Of a stretch of DNA of 64,000 nt, positions 28,193 to 41,418 are shown one piece after another. Each line of letters opens with the position of its first letter. Within the stretch, counting starts at the first letter, position 1. The notes below the pieces were generated by a model, which had not been told where the DNA came from, ran no database searches, and saw only the letters and a list, made by a program, of their open reading frames with translations. A program made the position numbers and the translations under genes. The DNA lies in assembly GCF_009914755.1 (NCBI RefSeq), contig NC_060937.1; one strand, given 5' to 3'. This stretch comes from the human T2T-CHM13v2.0 reference genome, Homo sapiens.

Positions 28193-28206
28193 CCACTAGG
28201 GGGCCG
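28193..28206 (+). promoter_or_regulatory. Candidate CTCF site
   Basis: CCACTAGGGGGC matches the CTCF core CCASYAGRKGGC, in a locally CpG-richer unique segment. Confidence 0.55.
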
Positions 28207-29503
28207 TGGTGCCTGGGGCCCTGCACTGATTCGCTCCAGCCAGGCTCTTCAGGGACAGAGCTGCAGGACTTCTGCAGGGACGTGCTATCTCTGACACACA
28301 TGCCCCGGGATGCTTTACGGTCCTTCGGATTCACTGCTCAAATTTATACAATTTTCATTCTGTTGTCATTCTGACAAGACTTATTCTAAAGCCCCCAAAT
28401 CTTTCAAATACTCTGGGGCCACAGATGAAATTTGTCTACACTGAATTAACCTAACCCTGTTCTACAAACTCACGTTACCTGCATAGTTCAAATGAATAAT
28501 GCTGACACATCGGCGAACCTCCTCCCTCCCCACCACCATGACATCAGAGGTAATGTGGTGGGCAGGACAGAAGCCTGAGGCCACATGCCTTTTCTGAATA
28601 CCAGAGGACATTTGGGATAGAAGAGTAGGTCAGAGACGTATTCCTATAGGGGGCACTTCCATGTTGATAGCCACCTTCACTCTTTATGCAACCAAAATTC
28701 TTGTTCGTATTTTGACTTTTTTCCCCTCTAGCCCATAACATGAATCCAGAAACACAGTAAGTCTTATGAGAAAATATAAATACCAAATAACAAGGAATTT
28801 TCTTGCTGAAAGAACTCTCCAAATGTAGAAGACCTAGTCTCCTAGATACCTATTAACTCATGGCATATGGTTTTATTGAGTTCAAACATTTTTGCAAAAT
28901 ATCAAACTGATCAATATCTACACAATCTATTATTCATTTCCATCCAATTTTTATTGCTAAAGAGGTTTTCCTCACAGACTGGCAAAGAGTAGAGAATAGA
29001 ATAAATAGTGATACCCCAAGGTAAAATTTATATCATTTGATATCTGCCCTTTGATCCACAGACAAAAAAAACAAATATGCTCAGAATGCCTTGTGGAGAC
29101 ACGGGCTGTAATCTAAGAGTTTATGCTTCAGGAGGTAGGCGTCATACCATCAGCTTTCTCTTCCCTGTGTCTTTTTTAAACCTAATGTTGAGTTGCATCT
29201 GAAAGTGGGACCTCATATGAAGTAAAGGCCCCAAGTGAAAATACTTGGTTTAAACATACCACACATCTTAAAATCCTCTGTAAGGATATTACAAATGACT
29301 GACTTTAAACATACACTGTATCAGACCTGCTCACCTCTGAGACCCCATCAATTGCAAGAAATACCAATCAATGACAGACTACCATATCCAGTGTAATGTG
29401 TAAGATATACCCAACTTTGGAAATACTAGAAAGTGTGCAAAAATGTGCCTCAGAATCAAGGAAACATATCTCAGAATCAAGGAAATAAGTGTCTTGTTTA
29501 TGA

Positions 29504-29838
<335 letters not shown>

Positions 29839-32251
29839 ACAAACATTTATTTACTATTTTGAGTATATGTTTAAAGCATCCAAGCACATTTTATCCAATT
29901 TTAAAGATATATTATCCATGCTTTAAAACTTTTGGAAAATATTTTAACTCAGAGATGTCTACATTCTCTGTATTTTTCATATTAATTCAATATGATGTAC
30001 AGTAAAGGAATTTAATGATCACCTATATTCATTTTCCTGCTTGTGCTTTAGGTAACAAAGACATTTCGGAGTTAAATGGGGCCTGACAAGCCACGCCATC
30101 CAACTCCTCATGGCATGCTTAAGTGACCTGGACAATACCCCAGCTGGGCCTCCTCCAGTCTGTTTGCACAGCTCCAGCTGCAGGTGTCCACATGAACTTC
30201 ACAGGCAGCTCAGCACATGCCACTCAAGGCCAGTTCAGTTAGAAAATACTTTCTGATTCTGATCTGAAATATTATCTGCAACTTGACCCAGTAATCTTTA
30301 ACTGCCTTTTAGATCAAATTATATGAAATCCAGATTTTCTTTTCATGCTGCTACCTCTTGGCTGGTGTTCCCTGCATTATACCAGTGGAAAATATGAATT
30401 ATGCAAATGAACTTGATGTATTCCTAGAACAACACGACATCAAAGTAAACATAGTGTTATTTTATATATATTTTGCAAATGCACCACTTATTTTCAAACA
30501 CATTTCACTAAGTTTTCACCTCATAATGTGGTTTATAGACATGCACATATATACACATATGCATGTTCATGTACCTACAGTGTACCCTCTCTTTGTGGTT
30601 TTGTGCTATCACTCTCAATTTTTTATTTGACACAAATCTCTTCCACTGATACACAATGAGCACAAATTACACTAAATATGTCAAGGCCTAAGTGTTCTAA
30701 AGTTTATTTTCCATACACCTGAGTGATGGCCTAAACAACAAACCTGTCTTTTAAGGGTGTTTTTCAAATAGCTAAGACTACTTGGCCATCACGGGATTTG
30801 GGCATGGGGATTTGCTATTCTACTTCCTATCAAAATTAAAGAGTAAAGACAGGTTCTTGCTGGAGTTCCATGTGCAGTGCGTGTGGTGCCTTCTTCCATG
30901 TCCTGTTACCAGTGGTGATGGGGACAGACCTACAAAGGATTCCGTTTCCCATGGGCCTCTGCTGCTCCCTGCTGGTCAAGCTGAGTTCTGACAAAGCCTT
31001 TCCTACTCTACAGAAATAGCGGAAATGAACAATGCAGATGTACAGGGACTCTTCCTATTTTTATTCTCTTCTGAAATAAAATCATTTTGGACTCCTGGGG
31101 TTCCCTGGCAACTTTCTCACATATTGGATCTATGTCATATTGGTTGGCCCAACAGAAGGTATTGTATTTGTTGTTAAATGGGATTTTTTTTAAAGACATA
31201 TGGCCATAAATTTCCCAAAAAATACCCAGGTAGAGATGAAAACAAACATGTACATATATATAAAACACACACACAAACATGTTCATGTACATACAGTATG
31301 CACTCCCTTCTCTGTGTTTTTTGTCTGAGTTGATGATTTGGAGCTCAAAGAGCTAGCGGAGGGAAAAGCTGAAGCCATTCAAACACATAATGAGAATTGG
31401 AGATGTAAAAGAAGGCTGAGTTCTAGGAGTTGCAACAACTTAGGAGATAACAGAACCAATTCGGGATGAGCAGGAATTGTAGGAATGCAGGCGAGGACTA
31501 GAAGAATCAGCTACATGCTGTTTACTGGCAAAGCAGGAGAAATGTGACTGAGGACAGTATGCCACTGAAAACTGATGAAAGAGGAGGGAGACAGGAGGAC
31601 AGGGCTCTTGTGGGTAGCAGGAAGACAGAATGGAAATAAACCATGTTAACAAGATGGCTTTTGGCAGCAGCAGCAGCACCAGGCCAGCTGTCTCTCTCCT
31701 CCAATTCAAGTTACCACCACAAAACCCATTTGCAGTGGGAAGAGCTGCTGCATATCCGAGTGGATTAAGGTTATTTATTCACATGTGGACCATTCATTTA
31801 ATTTTTGTTTTCTGTGTTTCCTAAATGATTATCATTGGAGGTGCAGCACTGGTGTACTTATGATTTTTTAAAAAGTGCTTCAAAGTTTAAGCATTTATTT
31901 CAACCAATAGTGAGTTAACCTCTGTGTTATAGAAATTATCTGAGCAAAGGAGGTCCAGCAGGTTCTGTTTATCAGTGAGGATTGAATTTCTGCTGCTAAA
32001 TGGCAAAGAAAAACTAAAAATAACAAACTCCTGGTTTTGTTCCAATCCCTTTCTGCAGAACTAGTCAAAGCCCCAACAGAAAAGATGTTAAAAAATCAAG
32101 TACTGTAGCCTTAAAGGTGTCACTCAATTTGCATTCTACAGCTAAGTGTAGAACTCAGAAGTAGCATTTTATGGCTACCAACTCCGTGTGGCAGACTGAC
32201 ATTATCTAAATTAAGCCTGGGATTTTATCAAGACAGACTATCTTCATAACA

Positions 32252-32574
32252 TTTTTTATTTTTTTTATTTTTTTTTGAGATAGGGTCTTGTTCTGTCACC
32301 CAGGCTGGAGTGCAGTGGCACAGTCTTAGCTCACTGCAACCTCAGCCCCCCAGGTTCAAGTGATTTCATGTCTCAGCCTCCCCAGTAGCTGGGATTACAT
32401 GTGTGTGCCAATAAGCCTGACTAGTTTTTGTATTTTTAGTAGAGACGGGGTTTCACCATGTTGGCCAGGCTGGTCTCGAACTCCTGGTCTCAAGTGATCC
32501 ACCTGCTGCTTGGCCACCAGCAGCTTGGCCTCCCAAAGTGTTGGGATTACAGGCATGAGCCACCATGCCCAGCC
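32252..32574 (-). mobile_element. Alu (AluS) with a small internal duplication (gcttggcc x2)
   Basis: Reverse Alu consensus; ATCTTCATAACA duplicated on both flanks. Confidence 0.93.
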
Positions 32575-33223
32575 AATCTTCATAACACTTAAACTGCACC
32601 CGGACAATCTTCATAATGCCCACGTTGCTGGGTCAGAGGTGTGGGAAGCTGCTTTGTTTTGGTTCCTCAGGTGTCTTACTTTGAACTATTATTAATACAA
32701 TGCATTGGGAACACTGCCTTTACTGTTGGCCTGTATTTTAAAAAGAGGTGTGAAAAATCACAGCGAATGGAATTTATTATTAGACATGATGGAAGGATAT
32801 TAATAACCATGTATTAAAGACAGCACTTGGAATAACAAATAATTGTTGAGATAAAACAATAACTAGCTGTGTCATGCTTGGAGAAGAGATGGAACAATTT
32901 AGAGAACACAATGCTAGCAGAAATGGGTATTATAAATGATCTCATCAATTTTTCACGTGCTGTATGGTTGATATCTTTCAGGTGTTCTGCTTTGAGAAAC
33001 CCTTAAGAAGATAAAGCACTTAAATTACTAGAAACAGCACACAATGCCTTGTCCCCTCTGCTGACTGATAAAAGTAAATTAAAAATATGCTCCCCTGTTC
33101 TGGCAGAATCTCTTTTGTAAAGTTAGAAAGCCCCAAAGTTAGGAAGGCAAGATGAACAAAAAGGGTCTTGGCTTGCAAGTGAAGCAACCTCATAAAGCAG
33201 ACTTCAACCTGATTAAATCTTAC

Positions 33224-33267
33224 CATTGTCTACAGAAATTCCAAGCACACTTGATATCTTTCTCACA
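33224..33267 (-). CDS. DOCK9: DOCK9 alternative (mutually exclusive) exon (S)VRKISSVLGISVDN(G)
   Basis: tctgtgttttcag|T GTG AGA…AAT G|gtaaga; 44 nt; phase 2 to 1, the same as the exon at 33819-33955; open frame; peptide recalled from DOCK9 isoforms. Confidence 0.85.
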
Positions 33268-33818
33268 CTGAAAACACAGAAAAAGTCACTTTGTTATTGG
33301 ATGCTTTTCCACACCCTCACAAATTGATTCATGGGCTTTATGTTTTCACAGTAGTGCAAGGATTAACATCCATTCAGAGCTGGAATGTCAGAATGTGGAC
33401 GCTTGATCAATTACATGCACAGGATCAGAAGGGGTGAAAGAAATCCATCCCGAATGTTCTCAGAGTTGCAGGGGAAAGCCAACATTAAGTCGGTTCTAGG
33501 TGATGAATCCAAATTTTATGTTTAGAATTCTTGAGAACGGCTGGCTATGGACCCAGCCGAGTTTTGTTTTAGGGATGCAGAAAGGGTCAGGCACTTTTAG
33601 GTTTAGTGCTGTAGTTGAGCACGTTCCACATTGTGTCACTCCCAAATGCTGAGGACGCTCCTCCAAGGAAGGGAACTGTGCCATGAGCTCTTCATCCTAC
33701 TTGCTTTGAGCTAGAAGAAAAATTGAGTTGGTGATGTGGTAGGTGTGGCCTAGGGCTCTCCCCTCTGAGATGGCACATGAGATGGCTGGCTGTTACGATG
33801 GCATGTCATGGGACTTAC

Positions 33819-33955
33819 TGTGGTTAAAAGTGAGAGAGTTATCCAGGCTGCCCAGCTGCTGCAATCTGGCATGCATCATTCCTGTTCTGTTACGGGAAAC
33901 AGGCAATGTCTGAGACTTTCGATCATGAACTATGGGTCCCAACCCCTCCTGGTTC
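33819..33955 (-). CDS. DOCK9: DOCK9 exon (R)[45 protein letters not shown](S), with an internal alternative acceptor (short form 33819-33886)
   Basis: tgttgcag|G AAC…CAC A|gtaagt; 137 nt. Internal cctgtttcccgtaacag|A at 33886 gives a 68-nt form, 69 nt shorter. Confidence 0.93.
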
Positions 33956-36486
33956 CTGCAACATGAGTGAAATGGGATAGAAGCAAAAGTTAGACGTGTT
34001 ACACTGCAGCGAGACGGGGAGTGTTAGTGAAGCCAGAACATGGCACGAGGGAGATGGCCATGCACTGACTGAACACAGTGGAGCAGCCAGAGACACAGAC
34101 AGGCGGCAGCTCCTGCACACTTCACGGCAAAGCACCTGATGATCCAGAAGCAAAAATCAGGCCAAAGCAGGGACCTTTTTATTTTTAGAAAGTACTTTAG
34201 AGATGCTACTCTGAACAAAGTGAGCATCACTCCAATGCAGTACTAATGGTTAGTGTTCTGACGACTGTCAAAACGTCACTAATCTTTTTGGATTATATAT
34301 GTTCTGAAAAAGCAAAAGACATGTATTTTTTTTAATTAAAAAATGCATTGGAAGACACAGAGAACAAACATGCAAAGGAAGGGATTATATGAGTTTTAAC
34401 ACCTTTATTCTTACCCAAGCAGGAAGGAGAAGAGCCACACACTTTGTTAAACTTGTCAGCAGTCAAGTAGAGAAAACAGAAGAGTGATTTGGGTTAGCAA
34501 TCAAACAGCTAACTTCCTGCTGTGTACCATCACCAGAGCAGATGAAAATGAGACCAGGGCTGCAATGACACCTGTCCCCTGTCCCGGAGCCAACCGTCCC
34601 CCTCACTGTGTTATTGTGTGTAGGAGAACAGGGACATGCATGGACTATCATCGACTGCATGCTGCTGGGTGACTTCAAAGTGACAATAAGAAGGCACAGT
34701 GTTCATCAAACTCGACCACCGTGGATGGCAAACATGTACAAGGTTCACAGTCTAGTTCAGGATCTTTTTCACATGCAGCAGAGAACCATGGCAATTTTTG
34801 TATAGAGCAGAGCATATCTTTCCACAGTGCATGGAGCAAAGTCACATCATCTCCACTCCTGTTTTCCTTGGCCCATCTATTTTTAAGGCAGTCCACACTT
34901 TTATATGCAAATATATACAGGGTGCTTATGAAGTAGGAAGATTTTCTTTTAAGAAGTTAAATTTATATCCACTGAAAAAAATACGTTAACCATTTCACAA
35001 AACCCGATTCTAAAACATTTTGTTGGGACAGAAATCTTCAGCTTCTCACATTCACTGTTTTAAGCTGTGAGGCATTTTATTCTACTTGGCACAATATTCT
35101 CCAAATGCCATCTTGTGACGTAGGTGTCACTGCAAAAAGTGAAGCTAGCCCAGCACAGTGCCTTTCTGTGACAGAATTTACTGTTTGCCCATCTTCATGG
35201 GACAAAGTCAGGGAGAATCCAAGTCAAGGTAGAAGACGTTGCTGGTATAAGGACACCTTGTATATACTTGCATTTAGTACTCCAAAACTCAAATATAAAA
35301 TTACTGTTGTGATAAAAAATAAAACAGTTAAGATTAGAGAACTTTAAGTGCTACCACATTTCAATGAAAAATAGAAAATATTAATAGGAGGAAAATGCAA
35401 AAATTCTAAATTTGCTTCTTTTAAAAAGAAAACATACATGTTTACTTCTTAACATAAAATGTAATTCTGAAAATTTCTCAAATATCCCCAGAAAAGAACA
35501 ATGTTAACAGAAAAAGAAAATCTTCACAAAGAGGAAGTCTACTAAAAATCTCTGGCCTATTTCATCACTATAAGACAAAATTGTCGATATATAGAGAAAC
35601 AAACCTCAATGACAATTACATTTTTAAGTTTTTCTTAAAACATGTTTACTTATAATAAAGCTGTTAAAAACAACAGTAAAAAAATATAATACTTAGACCA
35701 AGACCCCACTAATACAATAACACAGAATGGCTCACAACACAGAAAAAAACAAACAGACAATCTGAATGGCAGTGGGGCAGGAGGAAGAACTTGGTAAGGA
35801 CAAGAGGTGCTGCGAAGAAACGCCCCCAAAGAAGGCGTGTCCAGCCACACAGCTGCAAGGAGTTTCTAGGAGGCTGGTTCTGCACAGGAAAGTGGGAGTG
35901 ACGCTACTCACCAGGGAGTTCTGGCCAAGAACATGGAGCGTTTACCAACTAGTCAAGAGTAGGAAGAGAAAAGGCTCCATTTTAGAGAAGGTTTGTGGAA
36001 GTCCACACAAATTTGGGATGGACTGAAAACATTCTTTCATTAAGAAAGAAGAAGAGTGGTTAGGTGAGATTTTAGTATCTTTGTAGTTGGGAGCAGGAAC
36101 AGTCAAAATGACCTTGGAAAGTCAAACAGAGGAAGAGAAACCACTGAGGAAGGAACATAGGAAGAAGAACTGGGGAGAAGAGGATGGGAAGGAGACAGAA
36201 CAGAGAAGGAGGGGGAGTTTGGACGAGAGGATGGAAGGGTAGACACAGCCCGCTAAAGGAATGCTTTCCAAGAGATAACACGTGAGGTGAAATGAGACTT
36301 CGCCGGTAGGAATGCAGACCAAAGACACTGCCAGGCTCTGCGGTGGCAATCCAAGGGCCTGCCATCAGTCCCCATGGCCGCTTCCATGAACCCCAACTGC
36401 CAACCGCCACTGATGACCAATCCCACACAATCAGAGCCAGGCATCACAGAAAACAACACGTTTCGAATGAAAACGCCCCACAGTAC

Positions 36487-36534
36487 CTGGCTATGTATCG
36501 CTTCCCCATGTACTGGAACTGGTGCAGGCAGACT
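36487..36534 (-). CDS. DOCK9: DOCK9 exon (E)VCLHQFQYMGKRYIA(R/S)
   Basis: cctgcag|A GTC…GCC AG|gtactg; 48 nt; phase 2-2. Confidence 0.96.
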
Positions 36535-37159
36535 CTGCAGGCAAGATGAAAAATTATTAGGGAAATGCAAAGATAAAATTATTTTCGGGACGTTATTTAT
36601 CTGTTAACAATAACAAATTCAATAAACATTATGTCTAGTACCAGCATAAGTCACATCCTCATTCATTCAGAATGGTTTTTGGGAGTCCTCTGGAAAGTGC
36701 CTTCAAACCCAGAGAAATTTATTAACCTGTGAGGGAAGCCCCATCCTGTGTAGCTGTCAGTGTGGTGGTGGCTGGCTAAAGCAACACAGCGCAGAGGCCC
36801 ACGACCGACAGGATCGTCCATCGACTCAGAGGTAGTGATTCACTCCACGGCAGTGTGCCCGAGAAAACATGTTCAAGACCATGCACACTGTTCCAAGTTA
36901 CTTATTCATCCTCATTTACATCTATATAAGGAGCTCTCTCTTTTGGCTCAAATATATGGATTATACACACCAAGTGTGTAGTTTTTAAAAATATATATCT
37001 AACAACATTTTTTTTTAATCATGTATTTAATGAGGTAGTTAAAACAATGTCTAGTGAGCTCCTCTGGTGTTGAATCTCGTTTCACCACATAACTCCCGCC
37101 TTTAACTCAGCAGAGGTCAGGAGACTATGAGCCAAGCGTCCACTGAGGGCCAGGCCCAC

Positions 37160-37470
37160 AGTCTCTCATCTGTAGTTCCAAAATGCATGAAACTCTGAAA
37201 ACCAGCTTTCCTCCTGAGTTCATGCAAATACATTTGGCACCAAAATATGACCCAAAATAATAGACATAAAGCTACTTTTAGTTATGATTTATTCAATTAT
37301 TATGAACAATAATAGTTCTGCAGAAATTCTTTTTTTTTTTTTTTATTATAGAGAGATGCTGCTGGGATGTAATGGGATACAGTCTATATGTAAATTTTTC
37401 AGAAATCCAAAAAGTTCTGAATTTGGAAAATCATCTGGCCCCAGCAGTTTTGGATAAGGGATTGTAAATT
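37160..37470. mobile_element. Tigger-family relic (Tigger15a/MER46C-like)
   Basis: aaatccaaaaagttctgaatttggaaaatcatctggccccagcagttttggataagggattg terminus. Confidence 0.55.
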
Positions 37471-37942
37471 CACGTTTCTAAAAGTAAAGAGCTTAAAGGA
37501 AATCAGAAACTTATACTGACAAACCAAAATGAGATAAAGATGCTACATAAGATTTCACTTTTACTTCTTATATTTTAAAATTATAGCAACTTTTCTGACT
37601 CAGTTTCTGCATCAGCTTAAGTTAGGTTCAACTTAGAAAAGCAGTATCTACCCAATTCAGCTAATAAATTTCATGTTATTTTATTAAGATGACTTATACA
37701 CATAAACAGTTACCTCTCATGTAAAACAGGCACGTATCTGTAATACTTTAAGGGTGACCACTGATCACTGGGTCACAAGCCCTGAAAATATGTTTTAGGG
37801 CCAAGACCATGAGAAAGGGCTTAAGGAGTAAGTGAGGATGTGACATACACTACTCCTCTGGTTCAACTACATAGTATTCTTCAAGCCTCTTAATGATCCA
37901 GGAAAAAATCAAGAGGCAGTGATCAAAGAGAAAGCTACTTAC

Positions 37943-38009
37943 TCAGATATTGTAAAAAAATCCATAAGTTCAGATGTTGAAGCCTTGTTCCAATATGTAA
38001 ACAAAGCAT
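37943..38009 (-). CDS. DOCK9: DOCK9 exon (D)ALFTYWNKASTSELMDFFTIS(E)
   Basis: ttttctag|AT…TCT GA|gtaagt; 67 nt; phase 1 to 2. Confidence 0.97.
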
Positions 38010-38094
38010 CTAGAAAATAAACATTTACTTAGAATCACAATACATATGATATACATTATGGAGAATCACCTGTTGTGAAAATGGGAAGGAACCT

Positions 38095-38139
38095 TGGAGT
38101 GTAGGCCTCTAAACCCTGGAGTGTAGGCCTCTAAACCCT
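38095..38139. repeat. Perfect 22-bp tandem duplication TGGAGTGTAGGCCTCTAAACCC x2
   Basis: Copies at 38095-38116 and 38117-38138. Confidence 0.95.
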
Positions 38140-38319
38140 TCCCCTGCCCTCTTTTATAGCTGACCACTCTACACTGGGTATCACACACCTGAGGCCTATT
38201 CACCTTCAACATGCTGCATTTGAACTTTAATTCCATCATACGTCATTTAGTGCTATATTCTGGCATAATGCTCATTTAACTTATTCGTAACATGCTCTTA
38301 AATAGACTAGAAAATTCAA

Positions 38320-38705
38320 AGAATACAAGTGGACATATAACCTAAAGCCGGGCTCTCTTGTCTCCTACTACAGGATCTCTCCCCAACAGGGAATTTGTTG
38401 AAAATCTTTGCATATTACACACATAATTTTGCTCTCTGAGTTTTAACTGAACAATATAGCTTGGATCTATCTCAAGTTTTCCCAAGTTGCATAATATTCC
38501 TCTATGTGGATAGACCATAATTGAGTTAACTAGTCTCCTACTGATAGGCAGTTACTGTTTCTCTCCCCTAACTTTTTGCTATTATAATTATGTTTCAATG
38601 AACATCCTTTTATGTGGGTCTTTGCATGCATGTCTAACTATACCTACAGGATAAGTTCTCTGAAGCGAAACAGCTGTACCCAATGGTATGTGCATTTAAA
38701 CCTCT
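38320..38705 (-). mobile_element. Old L1 (L1ME-like) 3' fragment
   Basis: gttgcataatattcctctatgtggatagaccataatt…tttttgctattataa…aatgaacatcctt motif. Confidence 0.6.
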
Positions 38706-41303
38706 GTGTGAACCCTTAACAGTTTAGTATTACCATCGTTTGAGTTCTATCATCTAATAGCTAACCTTTTTTGCATGCTTATATTTTACACTGAGGTTGA
38801 GAAATAGGTAAAGAGGTTTCTCTTAGGGAAAAAGCCAGAGTCTTTGGGGCCTGAGATAAGCAGAGACGGTGGCTATGGGGATGCTGATGGCTCATGAAGA
38901 TGTATGGCCACAGGCTTTCACTCTACACTTGCCAAGAACAATGATAGGCAGGAATGACATGGCATATAGACTGAGAATCTGTTGTGTGCCAGGCACTGTA
39001 CTACGTGCTCTCACAATTTCACATAGATTGTGCCATCTAATCCTCACCATAATCTGGGGCAGAAGAAAGTCCCCATTTACAGATGAGCTAACAGAGGCTC
39101 AGAGAAGTAAAGTAATTCTCCCATTTACCAGTCTGAAGAATCATGGCTGAGTGGGGATTTAAATCGCGTGCATCTGATTCTAAAGGCCGCTTGGCCTATT
39201 AGACCAGTAATAAGGGTAGGTCATGGGCTTCCATCTTTAGGGGTTTCAAGTTTAGATTCCAGAGGAACAGACTCTGGCTACTTGAGGCTGGCCATCAGGG
39301 TATGGTGAGCCCCCGGGGAGCTCAGTGCATGCTGGAGAGCCTGGTGGGACCACCCTGCAGACCCCTGTGGCCACCCTCAGCACACACCAGACGAAGCGGC
39401 CAGCGGCATGGGCAATGACGCTGCCATTCACTGCTCTGGGCCCCAGGTACTGGTTGGGGAGAGTGGGAAGACAAAGATAAGCTCTGTGAAGAGGGAAATG
39501 GCACAAGAAGGACAGCAAGGAGGGGCCCAGCATGTAGAAGGTGCTCATTAAATGTGGAATAAATGAAAGAGTAGCTACAGAGTTACACAACTGATTTTGG
39601 TTTTCTCTGTGTTAACCATCTCTGGAGGCAATCTCTCCCCCTAACCCATATGACACACAAAAGCCAATTGTAGGTAGATTTTTAGAGTTCAATGTGAAAA
39701 TTTAAATAACACTGCTTTCAAAGAAAATATGAGAATATTTTCATGACCCTGGGAGTAGGAGAAGATTTCTTAAATGGGATGCACACACACACAAATTCTA
39801 ATTATAAAGGGAAAACAATCGATAACTTGAAGAAAATTGAGAGAAAAATATATTCTAAAATTGTTTTGAAGAGGTGGTTGCATTTTAAAAATATGAGTAT
39901 GACTTTAAAGAATAACTTTTACTTGAATTCAAATGTTCTTGTATATTTGTCTTCAAAAAGCAGTTATGTTCTTATTATAGGTCATATTCAATATTTGAAA
40001 TTTAAAATATTTTTAAAGAAAACTTTAAACAAAGGAAAAACAGAATTATAATGCTCGCTGAAACTCATTATTACCATGAAGCAAAGTTTAGAACTTTTGA
40101 CTTAATGGGAAGAATTTCAACTTTATAAACCCAAATATGAGACTAAGTGCCCTGTGCTAGTGTATTTGGTCATCATTCAGGGAAACTCTTGCTCGTCTGT
40201 TCTTTTTTAAAAACTAGCATTTTAAAGTAACAAATCAACAGAAGAACGAATTACCCAGTCTTTATTTTAAGGGCAAGAGGGATTTTCCTACCATCTGAGC
40301 TAAAAAGTCAGGCTGTACCTTGGCTGGGGTTGGGGAAAAAAAAAAGCCAGGCTGTTAATGCTGCTGAAATGGAAGCTTGATCTAAAAGAAATACTATTTT
40401 CAAGCAGAAATACCTTCCACTGGATGTTTAGTACACACCTCCCGCCCCCAGATATAAGCAGCACAAGAGGCCTTCAGGTTCTCAAAAAATGGCACTTTGT
40501 TTTTAGGAGAGTTCATCCTAATTCAATCACCTTAATGAAGTTCACAGCACACCTTTTAATTCGTTGTAGGAAAAATAAGATTTTTGCCCAGGATAAGAAC
40601 TGCGACATTGTTTACTGGGATTGTTTATATTACATAGCCAGATACACAGATGAGCTAACAGAGTTGAAACTGTCCTGTCACACACATTTGCAAGCCTTAT
40701 ACAGTCCAGATAGAGCATTCATAGTTCTGCTCATTCTTATTTTAAAATGTGGTTGTCAAACCCTTAAACAGAAACATAATCTACTATGATACTACCATTT
40801 CCATTAGAAAACTAAAATAACATATCTCCCACTTTGAGCCAGGAATATACACACTCTAAATGGAAGGAATGCTTAGGTCCCCCCACAACATATATTCTAA
40901 TTCCAGAGACTAACACAGTTATTTAAGTTGACAGTAAGTTTGTCTGGACGAATAAAAATTTTTTTTAAAGCCAAAAGCTATTTTATTTATGTGCTTCTAT
41001 CTCCTTTAGTTAAGATGGCAGGTCCCAGTTTAATATAAATTTAAGAAATAGGCCCATTCACATTTTGGAACTCATTTTCTAGAATAAAATAATTAAGGAA
41101 ATGATTTTCCCACAATAAGGTTCTTATTTCTAAGAACCTTAGTCAATGAATTGCATTTTAACAATTACATTTAGTCAATGAATATGCATTTTAAACAAGA
41201 AAATCCTTTGAAATCTTTGTATCATTTCAACTTATTACAAGTTAAAACCAAACAAACCAAGTGCTGAAACGAGCAAAACAGAAATCTCCATTTTTTAACC
41301 TAC

Positions 41304-41418
41304 CATCAGACATGCTCTTTAAGATGTAGAGGAAACACATCAGTAGGCTCTTAATCTCAGACTGGTCAAGTTTATCACAGCGAACCACGGAATTTCCCAA
41401 TGTGCTACTTTGTTGGTG
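41304..41418 (-). CDS. DOCK9: DOCK9 exon HQQSSTLGNSVVRCDKLDQSEIKSLLMCFLYILKSMSD(D)
   Basis: ctttttag|CAC…GAT G|gtaggt; 115 nt; phase 0 to 1. Confidence 0.97.

Noticed and set aside
29449-29485. 16-bp direct repeat with a 21-bp period (similar imperfect ones near 26925-26970 and 41139-41198)
   Set aside because: Ordinary old slippage duplications with no further structure.
34415-34451. Possible microexon ending at TGG|gtaaga (27 or 37 nt)
   Set aside because: The acceptors are AAG with poor adjacent pyrimidine tracts. The 37-nt form frameshifts and the 27-nt peptide is not DOCK-like.
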